This document shows positions 1-10,825 of a stretch of 64,000 nucleotides of DNA, in pieces. The stretch spans positions 396 to 64,395 of the forward strand of contig JAJZPH010000004.1 in NCBI GenBank assembly GCA_021811265.1. Reading direction: 5' to 3'. The position numbers and the translations under genes were made by a program. A model generated the notes under the pieces. That model did no database searches. It had not been told where the DNA came from and saw only the letters and a list, made by a program, of their open reading frames with translations. The stretch's first letter is position 1. Every line of letters begins with the position of its first letter. The stretch is from a bacterium. Lineage in GTDB: Bacteria > Chlamydiota > Chlamydiia > Chlamydiales > SM23-39.

Positions 1-1
1 T

Positions 2-286
2 GTGAAAAGCACCACGCACGTTGCTCTGGTCTCGTTTTCCATTGTAGGAATTGCGTTGTCATTTACCGTTTTGTCAACAATGGGAACTTTGACTTTGTCA
101 TCTGTCTATTGCATCCTGGTGATTGTCGATGCTGTTTATGATGAGAAAATTAAAGACATTGAAAATACAAGAAGACCAAAAGCGCTCGAGAATCCTGGCG
201 ATATTCATTATCTACAAAGACAATCCGCAAGAGAACGCCGACCAGCAGCTGGAGAACCACTATTAGTAGTAGAGGAGTGGTTATAG
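2..286 (+). CDS. hypothetical small membrane protein, 5'-partial at window edge (bilobed hydrophobic segment, Inc-like topology)
   Basis: ORF is open to position 2. About 40 hydrophobic residues (VALVSFSIVGIALSFTVLS-TMGT-LTLSSVYCILVIV) are split by a short polar loop and followed by a charged tail. A hairpin terminator follows. Confidence 0.4.
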   Translation: MKSTTHVALVSFSIVGIALSFTVLSTMGTLTLSSVYCILVIVDAVYDEKIKDIENTRRPKALENPGDIHYLQRQSARERRPAAGEPLLVVEEWL

Positions 287-329
287 GGGGACACACTAAT
301 TAAAAACACAGCTTTTTATCGCTTTGTTC

Positions 330-365
330 AAAAGCTCTCAAAATTCTTTTGAGAGCTTTTTTTTT
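330..365 (+). terminator. rho-independent terminator
   Basis: Perfect 14-bp stem AAAAGCTCTCAAAA / TTTTGAGAGCTTTT with a 3-nt loop, followed by a T-run, about 44 nt after the stop at 286. Confidence 0.65.
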
Positions 366-391
366 GCATTCGTTGTAGATTTTTCTCGAAA

Positions 392-892
392 GTGTTTGTT
401 GCTGACAGTTCTCATGGATTTTCGAAGGTAGCGTTTATGGAAATAATCGGTAGGAAAAAAGCCCTTTTTTCTAAAAAAAGAAAAAGGGGAGCTTTTGGAC
501 TCGTTGTGGAGGAGTTTGTTTCTCGCTATGCGGAGTGGGTTCTTCTCTTCTTTTTTGTAGGAGCGATCAGCAGCTGCGTTATTTTTTCTTGGAGCGTTTC
601 GGAGTCGAGTTGGAGCTTAGATCGCTTTTTTCAGAAAAACATTGTTTTGCCAAAAGAGAAACTTGCCATTTCTATCGAAGGAGCTGTGGAAAATGCAGGG
701 GTATTTTTGGTGAAAAAAGGCTTTCGGATCGAAAAGCTCATCGAGATGGCACAGCCGACGGAAGACGCAATTCTTTGGAAAAAACTCTATAAAAAAGGCA
801 CAATCGCCGAGCAAAGAGCGTTTTTTATTCCCAAAAAAGAAGATCTCGTTTCTTCAGTGCAAAAAGGCGAAAAAAGAGAGCGCAACAGATGA
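392..892 (+). CDS. hypothetical protein with one predicted TM helix; start uncertain (GTG 392 or ATG 437)
   Basis: 166-aa ORF with a basic N-terminus, the hydrophobic stretch WVLLFFFVGAISSCVIFSW and a Lys-rich tail. I recognise no family motif. Confidence 0.3.
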   Translation: MFVADSSHGFSKVAFMEIIGRKKALFSKKRKRGAFGLVVEEFVSRYAEWVLLFFFVGAISSCVIFSWSVSESSWSLDRFFQKNIVLPKEKLAISIEGAVENAGVFLVKKGFRIEKLIEMAQPTEDAILWKKLYKKGTIAEQRAFFIPKKEDLVSSVQKGEKRERNR

Positions 893-1120
893 TTGCACGA
901 TTTATAAACATTTTTTGAAAAACTCCTTTTGTGAGACTCAAGAGCAGATGGGATGGGAAAATTTTACCAAATGTTGTTGAGAGAAATGAAATGTTTTGAT
1001 ACTCTCCTTTCATTGTCTATTAAAGCATAATACTTTCGGCAAAAAAAACAGCCCAAAGCAAACGCAGAAAAAAAAGGTTTTTCTCTTGAAAATTAGGAAG
1101 AAAAAGACCTTGGAAAAGGA

Positions 1121-1777
1121 ATGAATATGTCGCTGAAATTGATTGGAAAAAAGAAGGGAATGTCACAGGTGTTTGACGCAAGCGGAAAAGCGATCGCTTG
1201 TACCATTATTTTGGCAGAGCCTAACGTGGTGACACAGATCAAAAAGAAAGAGACAGATGGATATAGCGCTATTCAACTGGGCGCATTTTTGGACAAGAGA
1301 GCAACCAAGCCCTTAAAGGGACATTTCCAGAAAGCGGGCGTTCCTTGCTGCCGCTTTCTCTTGGAATCGAGAACGCAGGAAAACGAAGCTTTTCAGATAG
1401 GACAAAAAATTGAAGCTAACTATTTTGTCCAGGGAGAGCATGTCGATGTGACTTCGCGCTCAAAAGGAAAGGGATTTCAGGGAGTGATGAAACTCCACAA
1501 CATGGCAGGAGGTCCCGCTTCTCATGGATCGGGATTCCATCGTCATGCAGGATCGACGGGCATGCGCACAACTCCTGGACGTTGCTTTCCCGGAGCCCCA
1601 AGAGCTAGCCGTATGGGCGGAGATTGGAAAACAGTGCAAGGACTGGAAATTCTTTTTGTCAATGCGGAAAAACAGCTCATTGTTTTAAAAGGCGCTGTTC
1701 CTGGATGTATCGGATGCACTGTTTATATCGGCAAGGCAAAGAAAGCAAAAAAAATGAAGATAGAAAAAAAACGTTAG
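1121..1777 (+). CDS. rplC: 50S ribosomal protein L3 (uL3)
   Basis: LIGKKKGMSQVFD N-terminus and KGKGFQGVMK motif. It is the first gene of the conserved L3-L4-L23-L2 order. Confidence 0.95.
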   Translation: MNMSLKLIGKKKGMSQVFDASGKAIACTIILAEPNVVTQIKKKETDGYSAIQLGAFLDKRATKPLKGHFQKAGVPCCRFLLESRTQENEAFQIGQKIEANYFVQGEHVDVTSRSKGKGFQGVMKLHNMAGGPASHGSGFHRHAGSTGMRTTPGRCFPGAPRASRMGGDWKTVQGLEILFVNAEKQLIVLKGAVPGCIGCTVYIGKAKKAKKMKIEKKR

Positions 1778-1786
1778 GAGTGCATA

Positions 1787-2446
1787 GTGGCAACTCTCAA
1801 GAAATTTGATATTACTGGAAAAGAAATAGGAAGTCTCCAGGTTCGGGATGAAGATCTACAGTCGGACGCAAATCCGCAAATGATCAAGGATTATATCGTT
1901 GCTATTCGAAATAATTCACGTCAATGGTCTGCCAATACGAAGACACGTAGCGAAGTAAATCATAGCGGACAAAAGCCTCATCCACAAAAAGGGATGGGAA
2001 GGTCAAGACAGGGATATTTGGGTGCTGCTCAGTATAAAGGTGGCGGCAGGGTAGGTGGTCCCAGACCAAAATTTGATCAGCACCAGCGGATCAATAAAAA
2101 AGAACGTCAAGCTGCTATTCGGCATTTGTTCATTGAAAAAATCCAGGAAAACCACTTGCAGATTCTTTCTCTGAAGTTAGGGCAAGTTCATAAGACAAAA
2201 GAAGTGGCCCAATTTTTGAGAGCTGTGGGACTAAACGAAAAAAAGGTGCTCATTCTTGGATCTCTTTCCGCTAAAGAAAAGAGCGAAGAGTGGAGACGTT
2301 TTCAGGGAAATATTCCTAAAACCGAGTTTTCCTATTTGACCAATATCAGTGGCTACGACTTGGCATGCTATCCATACCTCATTTTGTTAGAAGATGCCGA
2401 GAAAGAGATGCTAGATCTACTCATCAAGCAGGAGAAAGGCAAATGA
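1787..2446 (+). CDS. rplD: 50S ribosomal protein L4 (uL4)
   Basis: GTG start 7 nt after AGGAG. QKPHPQKGMGRSRQG matches the uL4 KPxxQKGTGRAR motif. Operon position fits. Confidence 0.93.
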   Translation: MATLKKFDITGKEIGSLQVRDEDLQSDANPQMIKDYIVAIRNNSRQWSANTKTRSEVNHSGQKPHPQKGMGRSRQGYLGAAQYKGGGRVGGPRPKFDQHQRINKKERQAAIRHLFIEKIQENHLQILSLKLGQVHKTKEVAQFLRAVGLNEKKVLILGSLSAKEKSEEWRRFQGNIPKTEFSYLTNISGYDLACYPYLILLEDAEKEMLDLLIKQEKGK

Positions 2447-2778
2447 AGAAGAATCCTTACGACATCATCAAATCGCGTTACATGACGGAAAAGACCAATG
2501 TGCTTGCAGGCTTGCACAAAGCAGAAAGTAACCCTTCTCTGAAAAAATGCAAGACGCCAAAAGTTGTTTTTCTTGTCGATAAAAAGGCAAACAAACAGGA
2601 AATTGCCGCTGCTGTGGAAAAGATTTATGCCAACAAAAACATCCACGTGACAGCAGTCAATACGATTGTAGTAAAACCCAAGTGGAAACGAGTGCGTGGG
2701 CGCCTCGGGCGCACATGCGGCTTTAAAAAAGCTATTGTTTCTCTTGGCGCTGGCGAAACTTTAGATGAACAAGGATAA
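2443..2778 (+). CDS. rplW: 50S ribosomal protein L23 (uL23)
   Basis: ATG at 2443 overlaps the rplD stop (ATGA). MKKNPYDIIKSRYMTEK is a uL23-type N-terminus. The longer 2365 ORF start lies inside rplD. Confidence 0.92.
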   Translation: MKKNPYDIIKSRYMTEKTNVLAGLHKAESNPSLKKCKTPKVVFLVDKKANKQEIAAAVEKIYANKNIHVTAVNTIVVKPKWKRVRGRLGRTCGFKKAIVSLGAGETLDEQG

Positions 2779-2784
2779 GATCAT

Positions 2785-3609
2785 ATGACAAAGAAATTTC
2801 GGCCGATTACTCCTAGTCTGCGCACACTGGTTCTACCAAGCACGGATGCTCTAGCTCCCAGCAAAAAAAAAGCTCCCAAATCTCTTTTTTCTGCAAAAAA
2901 AAGAACGAGTGGTCGCAATCATCATGGGCATATTACCTGCCGCCATCGCGGTGGAGGACAGAAGAGAAAATATCGCATCGTCGATTTTGTCAGAGCAAAA
3001 GAAAATATTCCGGCCAAGGTAGCTGGAATTGAATATGACCCTAACCGAACAGCTTTCCTTGCCCTTTTATATTATGCAGATGGGGAAAAGAGTTATATTC
3101 TAGCGCCGCAAGGGTTGAAAATTGGCGATATGGTGCAAGCAAGCGAAGAGCCTCCTTTTAACATAGGGTGTGCCATGCGGCTGAAAAATATGCCGATCGG
3201 GTCTGTGATCCACAATATTGAACTCTACCCAGAAAGGGGAGGAAAGTTGGTTCGTTCTGCGGGCCTTTCCGCCCAGCTTTTGGGACGCAGCAATGGCTAT
3301 GCATCGATTCGCATGCCATCGGGCGAAGTACGCTTGATTTCCGAAGAGTGCAAGGCAACTTTTGGAATTGTATCGAATGTGGAGCACAACTTGCGTGTTG
3401 AGGGAAAAGCAGGACGTCGCCGCTGGCGAGGCATTCGCCCCACGGTTCGAGGAGTTGCGATGAACCCCGTAGACCATCCACATGGTGGTGGAGAGGGACG
3501 TAGCAAAGGAAACCATCCACAAAGCCCTTGGGGTCTTTGTGCGAAGGGATATCGTACGCGGTCTAAGAAGAAGTCGAATAAATCCATTGTCAAGAAGCGA
3601 AGTAGGTAA
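2785..3609 (+). CDS. rplB: 50S ribosomal protein L2 (uL2)
   Basis: 274 aa with the [12 protein letters not shown] motif and GRNHHGHIT. Operon position fits. Confidence 0.96.
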   Translation: MTKKFRPITPSLRTLVLPSTDALAPSKKKAPKSLFSAKKRTSGRNHHGHITCRHRGGGQKRKYRIVDFVRAKENIPAKVAGIEYDPNRTAFLALLYYADGEKSYILAPQGLKIGDMVQASEEPPFNIGCAMRLKNMPIGSVIHNIELYPERGGKLVRSAGLSAQLLGRSNGYASIRMPSGEVRLISEECKATFGIVSNVEHNLRVEGKAGRRRWRGIRPTVRGVAMNPVDHPHGGGEGRSKGNHPQSPWGLCAKGYRTRSKKKSNKSIVKKRSR

Positions 3610-3614
3610 TCGTC

Positions 3615-3911
3615 ATGGGAAGATCATTGAGAAAAGGTCCTTTTGTTGACCATCATCTGATGGAGAAAATAGAAAAGCAGAATAAAGAGGGAAAGAAACG
3701 GCCGATAAAAACTTGGTCGAGACGTTCCATGGTTGTGCCCGAAATGGTGGGACACACTTTTGAAGTGCATAACGGAAAGAAATTTTTAAGCGTTTTTGTC
3801 TCAGAGAACATGGTGGGGCATAGGTTAGGAGAGTTTTCTCCCACGAGAACTTTTAAAGGCCACCCCATAAAGAAAGTTACGGAAACACCTGCTCCTGCAG
3901 CAGCACAGTAG
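3615..3911 (+). CDS. rpsS: 30S ribosomal protein S19 (uS19)
   Basis: [12 protein letters not shown] start and [12 protein letters not shown] motif. Confidence 0.95.
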   Translation: MGRSLRKGPFVDHHLMEKIEKQNKEGKKRPIKTWSRRSMVVPEMVGHTFEVHNGKKFLSVFVSENMVGHRLGEFSPTRTFKGHPIKKVTETPAPAAAQ

Positions 3912-3924
3912 TTGAGAGGAACTC

Positions 3925-4272
3925 ATGCAATTTGCAAAAGCTATCACCAGATTTGTTAGAATCAGTCCGCGCAAAGCGCGACTTGCCGCTCAGCTCATTC
4001 GGGGAAAATCAGCAGAAGAGGCGCAAACGCAATTACTCTACTGCCGACTCAAAGGAGGGAGACTCCTTCTAAAAACTTTACAAAGCGCTATATCCAATGC
4101 AGAAACGCAACTGGAAGCAAAAAGAGAAGATTTGCGTGTGCACGAGGTTCTCGTAGATGGTGGCCCTAGCTTTAAAAGAGCCAAATCTAAAAGTAAAGGA
4201 GGGCAGATGCCTTTCTTGAAGAGAACAAGTCATTTTACCGTAGTGCTATCGAATCAAGAGGAGAAAAAATAG
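3925..4272 (+). CDS. rplV: 50S ribosomal protein L22 (uL22)
   Basis: The ISPRKARLAAQLIRGK motif is typical of uL22. Operon position fits. Confidence 0.93.
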   Translation: MQFAKAITRFVRISPRKARLAAQLIRGKSAEEAQTQLLYCRLKGGRLLLKTLQSAISNAETQLEAKREDLRVHEVLVDGGPSFKRAKSKSKGGQMPFLKRTSHFTVVLSNQEEKK

Positions 4273-4274
4273 AG

Positions 4275-4925
4275 ATGGGACAGAAAGTATCACCAACAGC
4301 CTTTCGATTAGTTAGGAGAAAGAAATGGCTTTCCAACTGGTATGCGAACAAAAATGAGTTTGGGAACCTGTTGGCACAGGATCGATTCATTCGTGATTAT
4401 CTATCGAAAAAAACCGCTCTTGCCGGAGCTTCCAAGATTGTCATCAAGCGCATGAGTGGAAAAATTGAAGTGGTGATCCATACGGCCAGACCAGGACTTG
4501 TGATTGGAAAAAAGGGGACGGAAATCGATGTGCTGAAAGGGGAGCTAAGCCAACTCACTAAGATGGATGTTTGGGTAGAAGTAGAAGAAATCAAAAGGCC
4601 CGACCTCGATGCGAAGCTGGTTGCTGATGGAATTGCCAAGCAAATTGCGCGCAGGATGCCTTTTCGCAGAGTATTGAAAAAAGCAATGCAAACGACTATG
4701 GATGCTGGTGCCGCAGGAATTAAAGTGCAGCTATCTGGAAGGATTGGCGGTGCTGAGATTGCTCGGACAGAATGGTATAAAGAGGGATCGATTCCTCTAC
4801 ATACGTTGCGAGCAGATATTGACTATGGAACGGGAAGAGCAGAGACCACCTATGGTTCTCTGGGTGTCAAAGTGTGGATCAATAAGGGAGAAGAGATCCT
4901 CTCTTCGAAAGCGATGGGGAGCTGA
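4275..4925 (+). CDS. rpsC: 30S ribosomal protein S3 (uS3)
   Basis: [13 protein letters not shown]-terminus and a KH-domain GLVIGKKG motif. Confidence 0.95.
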   Translation: MGQKVSPTAFRLVRRKKWLSNWYANKNEFGNLLAQDRFIRDYLSKKTALAGASKIVIKRMSGKIEVVIHTARPGLVIGKKGTEIDVLKGELSQLTKMDVWVEVEEIKRPDLDAKLVADGIAKQIARRMPFRRVLKKAMQTTMDAGAAGIKVQLSGRIGGAEIARTEWYKEGSIPLHTLRADIDYGTGRAETTYGSLGVKVWINKGEEILSSKAMGS

Positions 4926-4927
4926 TT

Positions 4928-5347
4928 ATGGCCTTAATGCCGGTAAGAACAAAATTTAGAAAACAACAAAAGGGACAATACAAGGGACGCTCGAAAGCGG
5001 CAACCTTTGTCACATTTGGCGATTTTGGTATGCAGGCACTGGACCGAGGATGGCTCACTGCGCAGCAGATCGAAGCCTGTCGGGTAGCGATCTCGCGCTG
5101 TTTTAGCCGCAAAGGACAGGTGTGGATTCGGGTTTTTCCCGATAAACCCATTACCAAAAAGCCTGCGGAAACTCGTATGGGAAAAGGAAAGGGAGCCCCC
5201 AGTCTTTGGGTGGCTGTAGTTCGTCCGGGACGCATTCTTTTCGAAGTGGGTGGGGTGACCAAAGAAGAAGCACAAGAGGCTCTGCGTCTTGCATCGGCAA
5301 AAATTCCCATTCGTTCGCGATTCGTCAGTAGATTGGAAAGGGTATAA
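4928..5347 (+). CDS. rplP: 50S ribosomal protein L16 (uL16)
   Basis: RMGKGKGAP motif and 139 aa length. Operon position fits. Confidence 0.95.
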   Translation: MALMPVRTKFRKQQKGQYKGRSKAATFVTFGDFGMQALDRGWLTAQQIEACRVAISRCFSRKGQVWIRVFPDKPITKKPAETRMGKGKGAPSLWVAVVRPGRILFEVGGVTKEEAQEALRLASAKIPIRSRFVSRLERV

Positions 5348-5350
5348 GCT

Positions 5351-5578
5351 ATGACAAAAGCAAAAGATTTGAGAAATGAGTCTAATGAGCAGCTGGTCAG
5401 CATGGTTGCTGATCTTGAGAAAGAGCTCTTTGATTTGAAAAATGAGATGGCTCTTTCCCATAAAGTGGAAAAGTCGCACCAGATGTGTGAAAAAAGAAGA
5501 AATATCGCTCGGATCAAGACCATCTTGTCGGAAAGAGCGCATAAAGAGCAAGGAGCGAAAGCAAGTGGAACGAGGTAA
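5351..5578 (+). CDS. rpmC: 50S ribosomal protein L29 (uL29)
   Basis: 75-aa helical protein (LRNESNEQLVSMVADLEKELFDLK) between rplP and rpsQ. Confidence 0.9.
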   Translation: MTKAKDLRNESNEQLVSMVADLEKELFDLKNEMALSHKVEKSHQMCEKRRNIARIKTILSERAHKEQGAKASGTR

Positions 5579-5816
5579 AAGAAAAGTTTTGGAAGGAGTT
5601 GTTGCTTCCAACAAAATGCAAAAGACTGTGACGGTTCACGTGAAGCGCCATTTTCACCATTCGCGTTATGGAAAGCTTCTTCATGCATTAACAAAATGCT
5701 ATGCGCATGATGAGAGCGGACAGTTGCAGATTGGACAGAAAGTTCGCATAGTAGAATGTCGCCCTCTATCCAAACTCAAGAGATGGAGAGTTGTGGAAGT
5801 CATTCAAAACCCTTGA
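5565..5816 (+). CDS. rpsQ: 30S ribosomal protein S17 (uS17); start inferred at an in-frame GTG overlapping the rpmC end
   Basis: RKVLEGVVASNKMQKTVTV and RPLSKLKRWRVVE are uS17 signatures. The ORF frame opens at 5442 inside rpmC, and the GTG at 5565 gives about 84 aa. Confidence 0.85.
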   Translation: MERGKRKVLEGVVASNKMQKTVTVHVKRHFHHSRYGKLLHALTKCYAHDESGQLQIGQKVRIVECRPLSKLKRWRVVEVIQNP

Positions 5817-5834
5817 TACGGAAGAGAGAGAGAT

Positions 5835-6203
5835 ATGATTCAGGAAGAGACAAATCTTGATGTGGCAGATAATACAGGAGCGCGAAAGGTTCGCTGTTTT
5901 CGAGTCTTGGGAGGTTCGAAAAAACGCTATGCACAAGTAGGCCAAATCATCATTGTGTCGGTGAAAGATGCCGATCCCACAGGCACCATAAAGAAAGGAC
6001 AGGTGGTGCATGCCGTGGTTGTGCGCACCACAAAAGCGATCAAGAGAAAAGACGGATCTAAGATTCGATTTTACGACAATAGCTGCGTAATTATTGACGA
6101 TAAAAAAGAGCCGATCGGTTCGAGGATTTTTGGACCTGTTCCCAAAGAAGTGCGAGAAGCTGGCTTTATCAAAATATGTTCGTTGGCCCCGGAAGTCATT
6201 TAG
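5835..6203 (+). CDS. rplN: 50S ribosomal protein L14 (uL14)
   Basis: [20 protein letters not shown]-terminus, 122 aa. Confidence 0.96.
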   Translation: MIQEETNLDVADNTGARKVRCFRVLGGSKKRYAQVGQIIIVSVKDADPTGTIKKGQVVHAVVVRTTKAIKRKDGSKIRFYDNSCVIIDDKKEPIGSRIFGPVPKEVREAGFIKICSLAPEVI

Positions 6204-6215
6204 GAGTGTAGAGCA

Positions 6216-6554
6216 ATGAGTAATAAATGGATTAGAAAGAATGATCTCGTGATGGTGATTGCGGGAAATGAAAAGGGTAAAAAAGCAAAGGTGTTGTCGC
6301 GAACGAAAGACAGACTTCTTTTGCAGGGAATCAACTTGCGAAAAAAGCATCTGAAGCGAACGCAAAAGACCCAATCTGCGCAGATTTTGGATATTGAAGA
6401 GCCCATCCACATTTCCAACGTCCAGCTCTGCGACGACGCAGGAAAAAGACTGAAAATTAAGGTAAAAAGAAACGAGAAGGGAGAAAAAGAGCTTGTCTAT
6501 TTGGACAATGGCAAAGAGGTTCTTTTTCGCTCACTCCACCAACCAATTGCATAG
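6216..6554 (+). CDS. rplX: 50S ribosomal protein L24 (uL24)
   Basis: KOW motif [19 protein letters not shown]. Operon position fits. Confidence 0.93.
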   Translation: MSNKWIRKNDLVMVIAGNEKGKKAKVLSRTKDRLLLQGINLRKKHLKRTQKTQSAQILDIEEPIHISNVQLCDDAGKRLKIKVKRNEKGEKELVYLDNGKEVLFRSLHQPIA

Positions 6555-6562
6555 GGAAGCCG

Positions 6563-7114
6563 ATGTCTAGGTTATTTAAGAAATTTCAAGAAGAAATTCT
6601 TCCAGCACTGAAGAATAAGCATAAAGATCGCAACGTCATGCAGCTTCCCGTGTTGAAGAAGATTGTCATCCATATGGGGATCGCCGAAGCAGCAAAAGAT
6701 AAGAGTATTCTACAAGCCGTAACAAATGAGCTTATGCTTCTTTCCGGCCAAAAACCCGTGGTAACGAAAGCAAAAAAGGCAATTTCTAATTTTAAGTTGC
6801 GCGAGGGACAGCCCATTGGCTTGAAAGTGACTCTACGCGGCAAGAGAATGTATGACTTTTTTGATCGTTTTTGTAATATTGTATGTCCGCGTATCCGTGA
6901 CTTTCGAGGATTTCCTCAGAAAGGAGATGGAATGGGCAACCTGTCGATTGGATTGGAAGATCAACAGGCTTTTCCAGAGATCAATTTAGATGAGGTGAAA
7001 AAAACCCAGGGCATGAATATCACTTTTGTTACAACGGCTCAACAAGAAGAGGACTGCATTGAGCTTTTGGAGCAACTTGGATTTCCCTTCAAAGAAGAAA
7101 AGAGCCCTTCATAA
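6563..7114 (+). CDS. rplE: 50S ribosomal protein L5 (uL5)
   Basis: 183 aa with [16 protein letters not shown] and FRGFP motifs. Operon position fits. Confidence 0.94.
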   Translation: MSRLFKKFQEEILPALKNKHKDRNVMQLPVLKKIVIHMGIAEAAKDKSILQAVTNELMLLSGQKPVVTKAKKAISNFKLREGQPIGLKVTLRGKRMYDFFDRFCNIVCPRIRDFRGFPQKGDGMGNLSIGLEDQQAFPEINLDEVKKTQGMNITFVTTAQQEEDCIELLEQLGFPFKEEKSPS

Positions 7115-7129
7115 ACTAAAGGAAACATT

Positions 7130-7522
7130 ATGGCGTTTAACGATCCTATTGCAGAACTGCTAGTGAACATTCGAAATGCAGGAAGTGCACAACATCGCTT
7201 TGTAGATGTGCACATAAGCCGGATGAAAATGAGTATCATCCAGCTTCTGAAAGAATTTGGCTTCATTGAAAATTTCTATGTGAATGATGCGAAGAAAATG
7301 GTACGCATTCTTTTAAAATATACTCCCCAGCGAGAACATGTGATCCGTGGGCATAAAAGATGCTCTACTCCCGGGTTGAGAAAGCATGTGGGTTGTGAAG
7401 ACATTCCTCACGTGTTTGGAGGCATTGGACTCTCCATCCTTTCGACCTCGCAGGGCGTCATGGCGGGAGAAACAGCTCGAAAATTGCAAATAGGCGGAGA
7501 AATTCTCTGTTTGGTTTGGTAA
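7130..7522 (+). CDS. rpsH: 30S ribosomal protein S8 (uS8)
   Basis: NDPIAELLVNIRNA motif. It follows rplE directly, with no S14 gene between them. Confidence 0.94.
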   Translation: MAFNDPIAELLVNIRNAGSAQHRFVDVHISRMKMSIIQLLKEFGFIENFYVNDAKKMVRILLKYTPQREHVIRGHKRCSTPGLRKHVGCEDIPHVFGGIGLSILSTSQGVMAGETARKLQIGGEILCLVW

Positions 7523-7534
7523 GGAAGGTATTGC

Positions 7535-8092
7535 ATGTCAAGAATTGGTAAGACTCCGATTGAAATTCCCAAAGGCGTAACCGTGGAAGTAAAGGGCGAT
7601 CTAGTGATGATCAAAGGCTCCAAGGGAACATTGAACCGAAAGCTCATGCAGGGCCTTTCGGCAAAGCTTCAGGAAGGACAACTGATCCTCGAAGCTGATG
7701 AACAAGTAGAAGGAATTGGTAAGTTTCACGGACTCTATCGCGCCCTGATGAATAACATGGTGAAGGGTGTAGTAGAGGGATATGAAAAAAGGCTTTCTTT
7801 GGTAGGGGTAGGTTTTCGTGCCCAGGTGATGGGAAGCAACTTGGATTTGAAAGTAGGCTTTTCTCATCCTACCTCTCTTCCTATTCCTAAGGAAGTCAAA
7901 GTAGAAGTGGATAGCAAAACGAATGAGATTATTATCTCAGGTGCGGATAAACAGGTTGTAGGACAATTTGCTGCCAATGTGCGCGCGATGAAAAAACCCG
8001 AACCTTATAAAGGCAAGGGCATCCGATACAAAGACGAATATGTGCGTAAAAAGGCAGGAAAAGCTGCAGCAGCAGCAAAAGGACCGGCATAA
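7535..8092 (+). CDS. rplF: 50S ribosomal protein L6 (uL6)
   Basis: MSRIGKTPIEIPKGVTVEV N-terminus, 185 aa. Confidence 0.95.
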   Translation: MSRIGKTPIEIPKGVTVEVKGDLVMIKGSKGTLNRKLMQGLSAKLQEGQLILEADEQVEGIGKFHGLYRALMNNMVKGVVEGYEKRLSLVGVGFRAQVMGSNLDLKVGFSHPTSLPIPKEVKVEVDSKTNEIIISGADKQVVGQFAANVRAMKKPEPYKGKGIRYKDEYVRKKAGKAAAAAKGPA

Positions 8093-8094
8093 CG

Positions 8095-8466
8095 ATGGAT
8101 AACAGTCTTAAGAAAAGAGAAATTTCAAGAAAAAGACGTGCTTTTCGCGTCAGAAAAAAAGTAAGGGGGACCTCTCTTGTTCCACGTCTTTCCGTCCATA
8201 AGAGCAATTGCCATCTCTATGCACAGCTCATCGATGATGAAAATGGAGTCACGATCGCTGGACTTGGAACTCTTTCCAAACAGTTACAAAAGACCGAATT
8301 CAATAGAAAATCCAAGGCTGCGGCTCGCGAGATCGGGAAAAATTTGGCATTAATGGCCAAAACAAAAGAGATTCAACGAGTGATTTTTGACCGAGGTAGG
8401 TTCAAATATCATGGCTTGATTGCTGAGCTTGCGAAGGCGGCTCGAGAAGCTGGATTACAATTTTAA
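8095..8466 (+). CDS. rplR: 50S ribosomal protein L18 (uL18)
   Basis: Basic N-terminus, PRLSVHKSNCHLYAQLIDD motif and FDRGRFKYHG motif. Confidence 0.94.
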   Translation: MDNSLKKREISRKRRAFRVRKKVRGTSLVPRLSVHKSNCHLYAQLIDDENGVTIAGLGTLSKQLQKTEFNRKSKAAAREIGKNLALMAKTKEIQRVIFDRGRFKYHGLIAELAKAAREAGLQF

Positions 8467-8479
8467 CTGAGGACAAAAA

Positions 8480-8986
8480 ATGGCAAGAGAAAGAGAAATG
8501 CGAAAAGAGTCGGAAGGGAAAAACTCAGAATGGGAAGAAAAAGTTCTCTATATCAACCGCACGGCAAAAGTAGTGAAAGGCGGACGAAAATTTAGCTTTT
8601 CTGCGCTTATCCTTGTAGGCGATGGAAAGGGCAAAGTAGGCTATGGTTTTGCAAAAGCAAATGAAGTCTCTGATGCCATTCGTAAAGGAACCGATGCTGC
8701 AAGAAAAAATGTGTTTACTTTCGAAATGGAGGGAACAACGATCCCTCACGAAGTACGCATTCGCTGGGATGGGGCAATCTTAATGCTGAAGCCTGCGAAA
8801 GAGGGAACTGGCATTGTAGCAGGATCCAAAGTGCGTGCAGTGCTTGAACTTGCCGGTGTGAAGGATGTCGTGGCGAAGAGCCAGGGATCCAGCAATCCTC
8901 TCAATCAGGTGCGTGCTGTGGTCAAGGGGTTGAAGAGTTTGAAGAATAAGAAAAAATGCCTGGAAGAAAGAGGTTTGGCCAGATGA
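8480..8986 (+). CDS. rpsE: 30S ribosomal protein S5 (uS5)
   Basis: [34 protein letters not shown] motif. Confidence 0.95.
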   Translation: MAREREMRKESEGKNSEWEEKVLYINRTAKVVKGGRKFSFSALILVGDGKGKVGYGFAKANEVSDAIRKGTDAARKNVFTFEMEGTTIPHEVRIRWDGAILMLKPAKEGTGIVAGSKVRAVLELAGVKDVVAKSQGSSNPLNQVRAVVKGLKSLKNKKKCLEERGLAR

Positions 8987-9450
8987 CACAACTATCCAAT
9001 TTAAAAAATACACATCGCCGCACAATCAATGTGCAAAGAGTCGGAAGAGGTGTGGGCTCGAAGCGGGGAAAAACCTGCTGCCGTGGCCATAAAGGAGAAG
9101 GTTCGCGCCGAGGCTGGAAACGCATGTATGGATACGAGGGCGGACAGATGCGCCTCTATTGGAAACTGCCTTGCCGCGGGTTTACTCGAGGCCGTTTTGA
9201 GACACCTACTTTTATTTTGAATTTAGAAAGCCTCAATCGTTTCTTTAACGATGGAGAGGTTGTGAATAGACAGACGTTGCATGACAAAGGATTTATATCT
9301 CGCGCCTTTCTCAAACAAGGGGGATCGATCAAAATCCTCTCGAAGGGAAAGATTGAAAAGAAGGTGATCATAGAAGCAGATAGCTTTTCACAAGCAGCGA
9401 TCAAAAAACTTGAAGATGCAAAAATTTCATATAAAGTTATCACAACATGA
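8983..9450 (+). CDS. rplO: 50S ribosomal protein L15 (uL15)
   Basis: ATG at 8983 overlaps the rpsE stop (ATGA). [18 protein letters not shown] motif. No L30 gene lies between S5 and L15. Confidence 0.92.
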   Translation: MTQLSNLKNTHRRTINVQRVGRGVGSKRGKTCCRGHKGEGSRRGWKRMYGYEGGQMRLYWKLPCRGFTRGRFETPTFILNLESLNRFFNDGEVVNRQTLHDKGFISRAFLKQGGSIKILSKGKIEKKVIIEADSFSQAAIKKLEDAKISYKVITT

Positions 9451-10805
9451 TTGAAACTTTGCGAAGAATTTTTTCCATTCCCGAGCTGAAGACGAAGATT
9501 TTCTTCACTTTGATGCTTCTTACTGTCTGTCGTTTGGGAACATTCATTCCCGTTCCGGGAATTAACGCCGACATTGCGGTGCTCTTGTTCCGCAATGCGA
9601 CTCGAGGATCGCAAAACCTGTTTCAGCTGATGGACATTTTCTCTGGTGGTGCGTTTGCGCATATGACCGTGTTTGCTCTTGGAATCATGCCCTACATCTC
9701 TGCTTCGATTATCATGCAGCTGGTCGTTGCTCTCATGCCCTCTTTTCAACGGGAGATCAAAGAAAATCAGGATTTGGGAAGAAAGAAGCTTTCGAAATGG
9801 ACGCGGGTAGGAACGATGGTCCTATCCATTTTTCAAGCGGGGATTTTTGCAAAATATGCGCTGGGCATTAATGCAGCAACATCCGGAATTATCGTTAGCC
9901 ATATGGACCAGGTGCGTATTTTAGGAGTCCCTTGGCTTTTCTACATTACGGTCATGCTTACGATGACTGCGGGAACTCTCTTTTTGATGTGGCTGGGGGA
10001 GCAGATTACCCAAAAAGGCATTGGCAATGGAACGAGTCTCATCATTACTGTAGGCATTCTATCTTCTCTTCCTGGAACGATTGGTTCGATTATCAAGCAG
10101 CTCAACCTCGAATCGCAAGAAGCTGGACAGATGACCTTTTCTTCGCTAATAATTTTATGTCTGGTCTTTGTTCTGATCATTGTAGGGACGATTTTAGTCA
10201 TTCAGGGACAAAGAAAAATTCCTTTGCAATATGCCCGCCGTATGGTGGGACCTCGTGAAATGCAAGGAGGATCTTCCTATATTCCTCTCAAAATCAACTA
10301 TGCAGGAGTGATTCCGGTCATTTTCGCCTCTTCTCTTCTCATGTTTCCTGCAACGATTGGGCAGCTTCTCGGACAAGGGTGGCTCATGCGGCTTTCTAGT
10401 TTTTTATCTCCAGGAAGCTGGGGCTATTTGAGTCTCTACGTCTTTCTTATTCTATTTTTTACTTACTTTTGGACGGCGACCCAGTTCCACCCAGAGCAGA
10501 TTGCTTCTGACATGAAGAAAAATGGAGCATTTATCCCCGGAATTCGGCAAGGCAGACCTACTCAGGAATTTTTAGAATCTACGATGAATCGAATTACTCT
10601 TCTTGGTGGAGTTTTTTTAGCACTTATTGCTATACTACCTGCACTAGTTTCACACCTATTAGGGGTGGATAACCGCATCAGCCACTTTTTTGGCGGAACA
10701 TCGTTATTGATTTTAGTGGGAGTCATACTCGATACATCGAAACAAATTGAATCGCACCTGCTCATGAAACGTTATGAAGGTTTCATGAAAAGAGCTGGTC
10801 GTTAA
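9447..10805 (+). CDS. secY: preprotein translocase subunit SecY
   Basis: 452-aa polytopic membrane protein with [16 protein letters not shown] and [17 protein letters not shown] motifs. ATGA overlap with rplO. Confidence 0.96.
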   Translation: MIETLRRIFSIPELKTKIFFTLMLLTVCRLGTFIPVPGINADIAVLLFRNATRGSQNLFQLMDIFSGGAFAHMTVFALGIMPYISASIIMQLVVALMPSFQREIKENQDLGRKKLSKWTRVGTMVLSIFQAGIFAKYALGINAATSGIIVSHMDQVRILGVPWLFYITVMLTMTAGTLFLMWLGEQITQKGIGNGTSLIITVGILSSLPGTIGSIIKQLNLESQEAGQMTFSSLIILCLVFVLIIVGTILVIQGQRKIPLQYARRMVGPREMQGGSSYIPLKINYAGVIPVIFASSLLMFPATIGQLLGQGWLMRLSSFLSPGSWGYLSLYVFLILFFTYFWTATQFHPEQIASDMKKNGAFIPGIRQGRPTQEFLESTMNRITLLGGVFLALIAILPALVSHLLGVDNRISHFFGGTSLLILVGVILDTSKQIESHLLMKRYEGFMKRAGR

Positions 10806-10825
10806 AGAAAAAGAGGATATGGGAC

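Noticed and set aside
893-1120. Possible ribosomal-protein autoregulatory leader or promoter upstream of rplC.
   Set aside because: I found only weak -35/-10-like matches and short hairpins, with nothing distinguishable from AT-rich background by eye.
4879-6410. Long minus-strand ORFs (4879-5694 at 271 aa, 4934-5614 at 226 aa, 5766-6410 at 214 aa), plus many 60-200-aa ORFs antisense to the ribosomal operon (for example 9156-9749).
   Set aside because: They lie entirely antisense to, or out of frame with, highly conserved ribosomal protein and secY genes. They have no motifs or RBS and have low-complexity compositions typical of shadow ORFs.
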